Shown here piece by piece: positions 28,612 to 31,353 of a stretch of DNA of 31,353 bases. The stretch is from an uncultured Chthonomonadaceae bacterium (GTDB lineage: Bacteria > Armatimonadota > Chthonomonadetes > Chthonomonadales > Chthonomonadaceae). The stretch's first letter is position 1; every line of letters starts with the position of its first letter. Location: contig CAWIEK010000058.1 in NCBI GenBank assembly GCA_963835065.1, positions 1 through 31,353 on the forward strand, in the 5' to 3' direction. The notes beneath the pieces were generated by a model, which was not told where the DNA came from, made no database searches, and saw nothing but the letters and a program-made list of their open reading frames with translations. Both the position numbers and the translations under genes were made by a program.

Positions 28612-29292
28612 TTATCTGCTCTTGAAAGCTTTAGGCGCTTGATCAATTTGCCGCGCGTATAAGAGGGCCGAAAGAATGATGCCCAATGTAAGCAGGACAG
28701 GTGTACCAGGCTCAGGAACAGACGCAGGAATCAGCGTAGCGGATGCGCGAAAGACGCCGCTGGAATCTGCAAAAGGAGTTACGGACGTAGAACCATCCTG
28801 GTTGATATCAAGATGAATCACTGACCCATCAGGACTGGTGGTTAGGAAATTTTGCGTGGCAGCCGCATCATAGAGAGACACTGCCAACCCACTACCTGAA
28901 GATGGAATAGGAACAACAGGGGACAAGGCAGGGCCGTCAAAAGTCGCATCAAAGCTGAACGACTGCCCGTATATGAATCCTTGATACAAATCGTTGAAAC
29001 CGTCTGTATTGCGGATAATTACGGGAGGGCCGGGCAATGTTCCTGTTGCATCACCTGTGTTTGTAGATGTTGAAGCCAGAGTGCCATCCGTAGAAAAATT
29101 AGTGATGCCTACAAAGGCATCAAGCGCATCGCCTCCTGCCGGATTAAACTGAAAATCCAAATTTCCAGATATTCCAGCGATAGGAGAGGTGTCTACCGTG
29201 ACATGATAAACAACCTGTGCCAGACATTTGGAAGATAAGTTCCATAGTAAAAATGATGTGATTAGTATTATTTTTGGTATATTCGCCAACAC
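28612..29292 (-). CDS. PEP-CTERM sorting domain protein
   Basis: Signal peptide; YHVTVDTS...G.LDFQFNP; C-terminal VPEPGT followed by a hydrophobic helix and a weakly basic tail. Confidence 0.85.
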   Translation of the reverse strand: MLANIPKIILITSFLLWNLSSKCLAQVVYHVTVDTSPIAGISGNLDFQFNPAGGDALDAFVGITNFSTDGTLASTSTNTGDATGTLPGPPVIIRNTDGFNDLYQGFIYGQSFSFDATFDGPALSPVVPIPSSGSGLAVSLYDAAATQNFLTTSPDGSVIHLDINQDGSTSVTPFADSSGVFRASATLIPASVPEPGTPVLLTLGIILSALLYARQIDQAPKAFKSR

Positions 29293-29384
29293 GCAGTCTC
29301 CTTATAGGCCATCAGCAGATTTTCGTATAAGCCTTCTGATTGAAGTAACAATAGCTGCTTCAATCAGAACGCCTATACGAAAAT

Positions 29385-30647
29385 CTAAAACAGAAACGTA
29401 CCAGAGTATGTTTCAACCGTATAGCTGATCCGCCTGTTGAAAAAGTTATTGAACTGAACGACCGTACTTGCCGATGCTCCAGGTTTCAGGTCTGAAACCG
29501 AGGCTGTTATGTATGGCGAACCAAGAAACGTCGGCGGGGAGGGTGTAACGTAAACGAATGTGGGGAGGTCCGTCAGCACTACCTGGATCGGCCCTTCAAG
29601 CGTATCCGTTCCCTTATTTGTCACCGTGATTGTCTGTGTTGTCAACCCGGTAACGCGGTTGTACACGAGCGGCGACTTAGTAACAGTTACCTGGTCGGCA
29701 ATGGGCGTTGCGCCAATTAACCTGCGGAGGACATAGTTTGTGGAGAGTTGAGTATGAAGGTACAACTCCGCTCCCTGAATTATGTCGCTGATTGTGGCCG
29801 TATCTGGAGACAGGCCCAGGTTATTCAGATCAACCCAATACGTCAGGTTGCCGGAAAAGAATCCGCGTGATGGTAAAGGAATAAGCCCAAAAACAGCGGA
29901 AACGTCAAACCCTGGAGAGTCCCATTCGAAATAGTAATGGGTTGGGTCAAATGGACCGTTGAGAAGACACCTGTTGTCAAGAACCCCACCGGTAAATTGG
30001 CAAGGGGGCAACGTCGCAAACGCGCCGGGTTTAAAGATGCCGACCGTAGCGACTGTGCTTGAACGAAAGTAAAACGGTATGCCGAAGATAGCAATATCCA
30101 GGGACAAAGACCCCTGATTTGAAACATCCTGGCACAGAATGAATGAGTTACTTGGCGTAACGCCGGTGAAAGTAAGAGACAGCGGATCAGAGTGATACGA
30201 TAAAGTGCTGTTGAAAGTAACGTCTACCGCCGGTAGTGTTACATTCACCTGCTGTGGGCATCCAGAGCCTATCAAATCCGCTGAACCAAAACTGCAGAAA
30301 CTGCCGTCTGCCCCGATGCAGTGGCCCGTGATTGTAGCGTGTTTGTCTCCTGGCGTATGCGGAGCAAATCTCACAGTCACAGGAGATTGATCTCCTGTAT
30401 TAAATAGATGCCCTGTTACTGTATCATTGATAATCTGAAAGTCATCTTTATCAGGGCCGACGATTTCAGTATCCAGAACAATCAAGGGGCCTTGTATTGT
30501 TGTGAAAGTGAGAACTATGTCTTTGTGGTCGCCGACGGCTACCATGCCGAAGTCAACCTGAGCTTTTGCAGACTGAGAGGCAAAGCCCATCAAAAACAGA
30601 AGACAAACAAGCGATAGTGCTTTAGAAACGTCTAAACGCAAATACAT
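29385..30647 (-). CDS. Secreted beta-rich protein with Ig-like domains
   Basis: Signal peptide (AKA-Q). N-terminal VDFG.VAVG...GPD..DF.I....VTVRFAP..PG.K.ATI Ig-like module. C-terminal YNRVTG...QTITVTN.G...GPIQVVL...L.PGAS module. Confidence 0.75.
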   Translation of the reverse strand: MYLRLDVSKALSLVCLLFLMGFASQSAKAQVDFGMVAVGDHKDIVLTFTTIQGPLIVLDTEIVGPDKDDFQIINDTVTGHLFNTGDQSPVTVRFAPHTPGDKHATITGHCIGADGSFCSFGSADLIGSGCPQQVNVTLPAVDVTFNSTLSYHSDPLSLTFTGVTPSNSFILCQDVSNQGSLSLDIAIFGIPFYFRSSTVATVGIFKPGAFATLPPCQFTGGVLDNRCLLNGPFDPTHYYFEWDSPGFDVSAVFGLIPLPSRGFFSGNLTYWVDLNNLGLSPDTATISDIIQGAELYLHTQLSTNYVLRRLIGATPIADQVTVTKSPLVYNRVTGLTTQTITVTNKGTDTLEGPIQVVLTDLPTFVYVTPSPPTFLGSPYITASVSDLKPGASASTVVQFNNFFNRRISYTVETYSGTFLF

Positions 30648-31047
30648 CAGCGTTTCCTCCCTAAGCGCTTAGAAGCGACTTAGGAATATCAAAACATGGG
30701 AAGTGAGTGTTCTTTGCGCCTGCCAAAAGCTGGCAAAGACTAAGGGATATTGACCTTCTCGAAGAAGGTAAGGCGAAGGCAGGCAACAATGTGCCGACAG
30801 TATTGCTTATTATACCCGCATTTTGGCGAGGTGTGGACATTATTAAGTAGTTTTCAAAAAAACTTAGGAAAATTTTTTGACATAGTAATTCCAATTGTCT
30901 GCTCATAAATGGAGTATGTGTATATAGGAAGAGTTGAAGGGGAAATGGCATCAACAGGAGCTAAAGATAAAGAAGCCTGCTGCTCTGGTCGAAGTTTTTC
31001 TGACTGCCAGAGACATAGCGGGATCTACAATTCCTGCCGAATGACCT

Positions 31048-31353
31048 TCAGGGTTTGAGCAGGAAGCCGTCAATGCCCACGTAGTAGCCGTTGGAGCGCG
31101 CATCCTTGCCCGTGATTTCCAGTTCGATTTCGTTTGCGCCGGTTCGGAGGGTGACGCGGCCAAGCGACAAGGGACCAGAAGTTTTTACGCCGGGGGAATA
31201 GCCGTCGAAGTCGCGGAGGGTTCTGCCGTTGACGCGGATGCGATACTGCCCGTAATCCGTCTCCTGCGTGAAATAGCCGACCAGTTCATACTCCTTGGTT
31301 TCGGGCGCGTTCAGTTTCAACGTCAGTTTCGCGCCCGGTGTCTTAGGCGTCCA
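31048..31353 (-). CDS. C-terminal beta-sandwich of a larger protein (resembles DUF2961/GH172-associated tails); 5'-truncated
   Basis: FTQETDYG.Y.I.VNG.....DGYSP.V......LG...L..G.NEI..EITGKD..S.GY.VGID pattern. The frame continues to the window edge. Confidence 0.65.
   Translation of the reverse strand, partial: WTPKTPGAKLTLKLNAPETKEYELVGYFTQETDYGQYRIRVNGRTLRDFDGYSPGVKTSGPLSLGRVTLRTGANEIELEITGKDARSNGYYVGIDGFLLKP

Noticed and set aside
30661..31163. Short ORFs 30661-30954 and 30951-31163
   Set aside because: They lie in an AT-rich, probably regulatory region or in an alternate frame of the partial upstream gene, with no coding signal.

Overview
Bacterial chromosomal window that is mostly GC-rich, with several lower-GC patches. 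PEP-CTERM, WD40 and AAA_35 content suggest an Armatimonadota/PVC/Chloroflexi-like organism; this is inference only. In order: the 3' end of a 14-blade WD40 protein, a ~155-bp palindromic element, and a three-gene cluster (class III nucleotide cyclase-TIR-AAA_35 fusion, Clp-family ATPase with a degenerate second ATPase domain, YbjN/T3SS-chaperone-like protein). Then an IS1-family element, GH13 amylase, Lon protease, CHASE2 adenylate cyclase, and an AbiE type IV TA pair preceded by an HTH gene. Next is an operon of MoxR-like AAA, tandem DUF2201-vWA protein, hypothetical protein and D-Ala-D-Ala dipeptidase. The remainder is a GH29 fucosidase, SHOCT protein, Tat-exported carbonic anhydrase, GH5-like hydrolase, DUF2243 protein, metallophosphoesterase, three related 27-bp palindromes, a PEP-CTERM protein, a secreted Ig-like protein and a partial glycoside hydrolase-like gene. 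Five or six single-base frameshifts are scattered over unrelated genes, which points to sequencing or assembly indels rather than true pseudogenes. The best candidate for an undescribed system is the cyclase-TIR-AAA_35 / half-inactive Clp / chaperone cluster at 2138-7016. All family calls come from motif recognition by eye; no searches were run.
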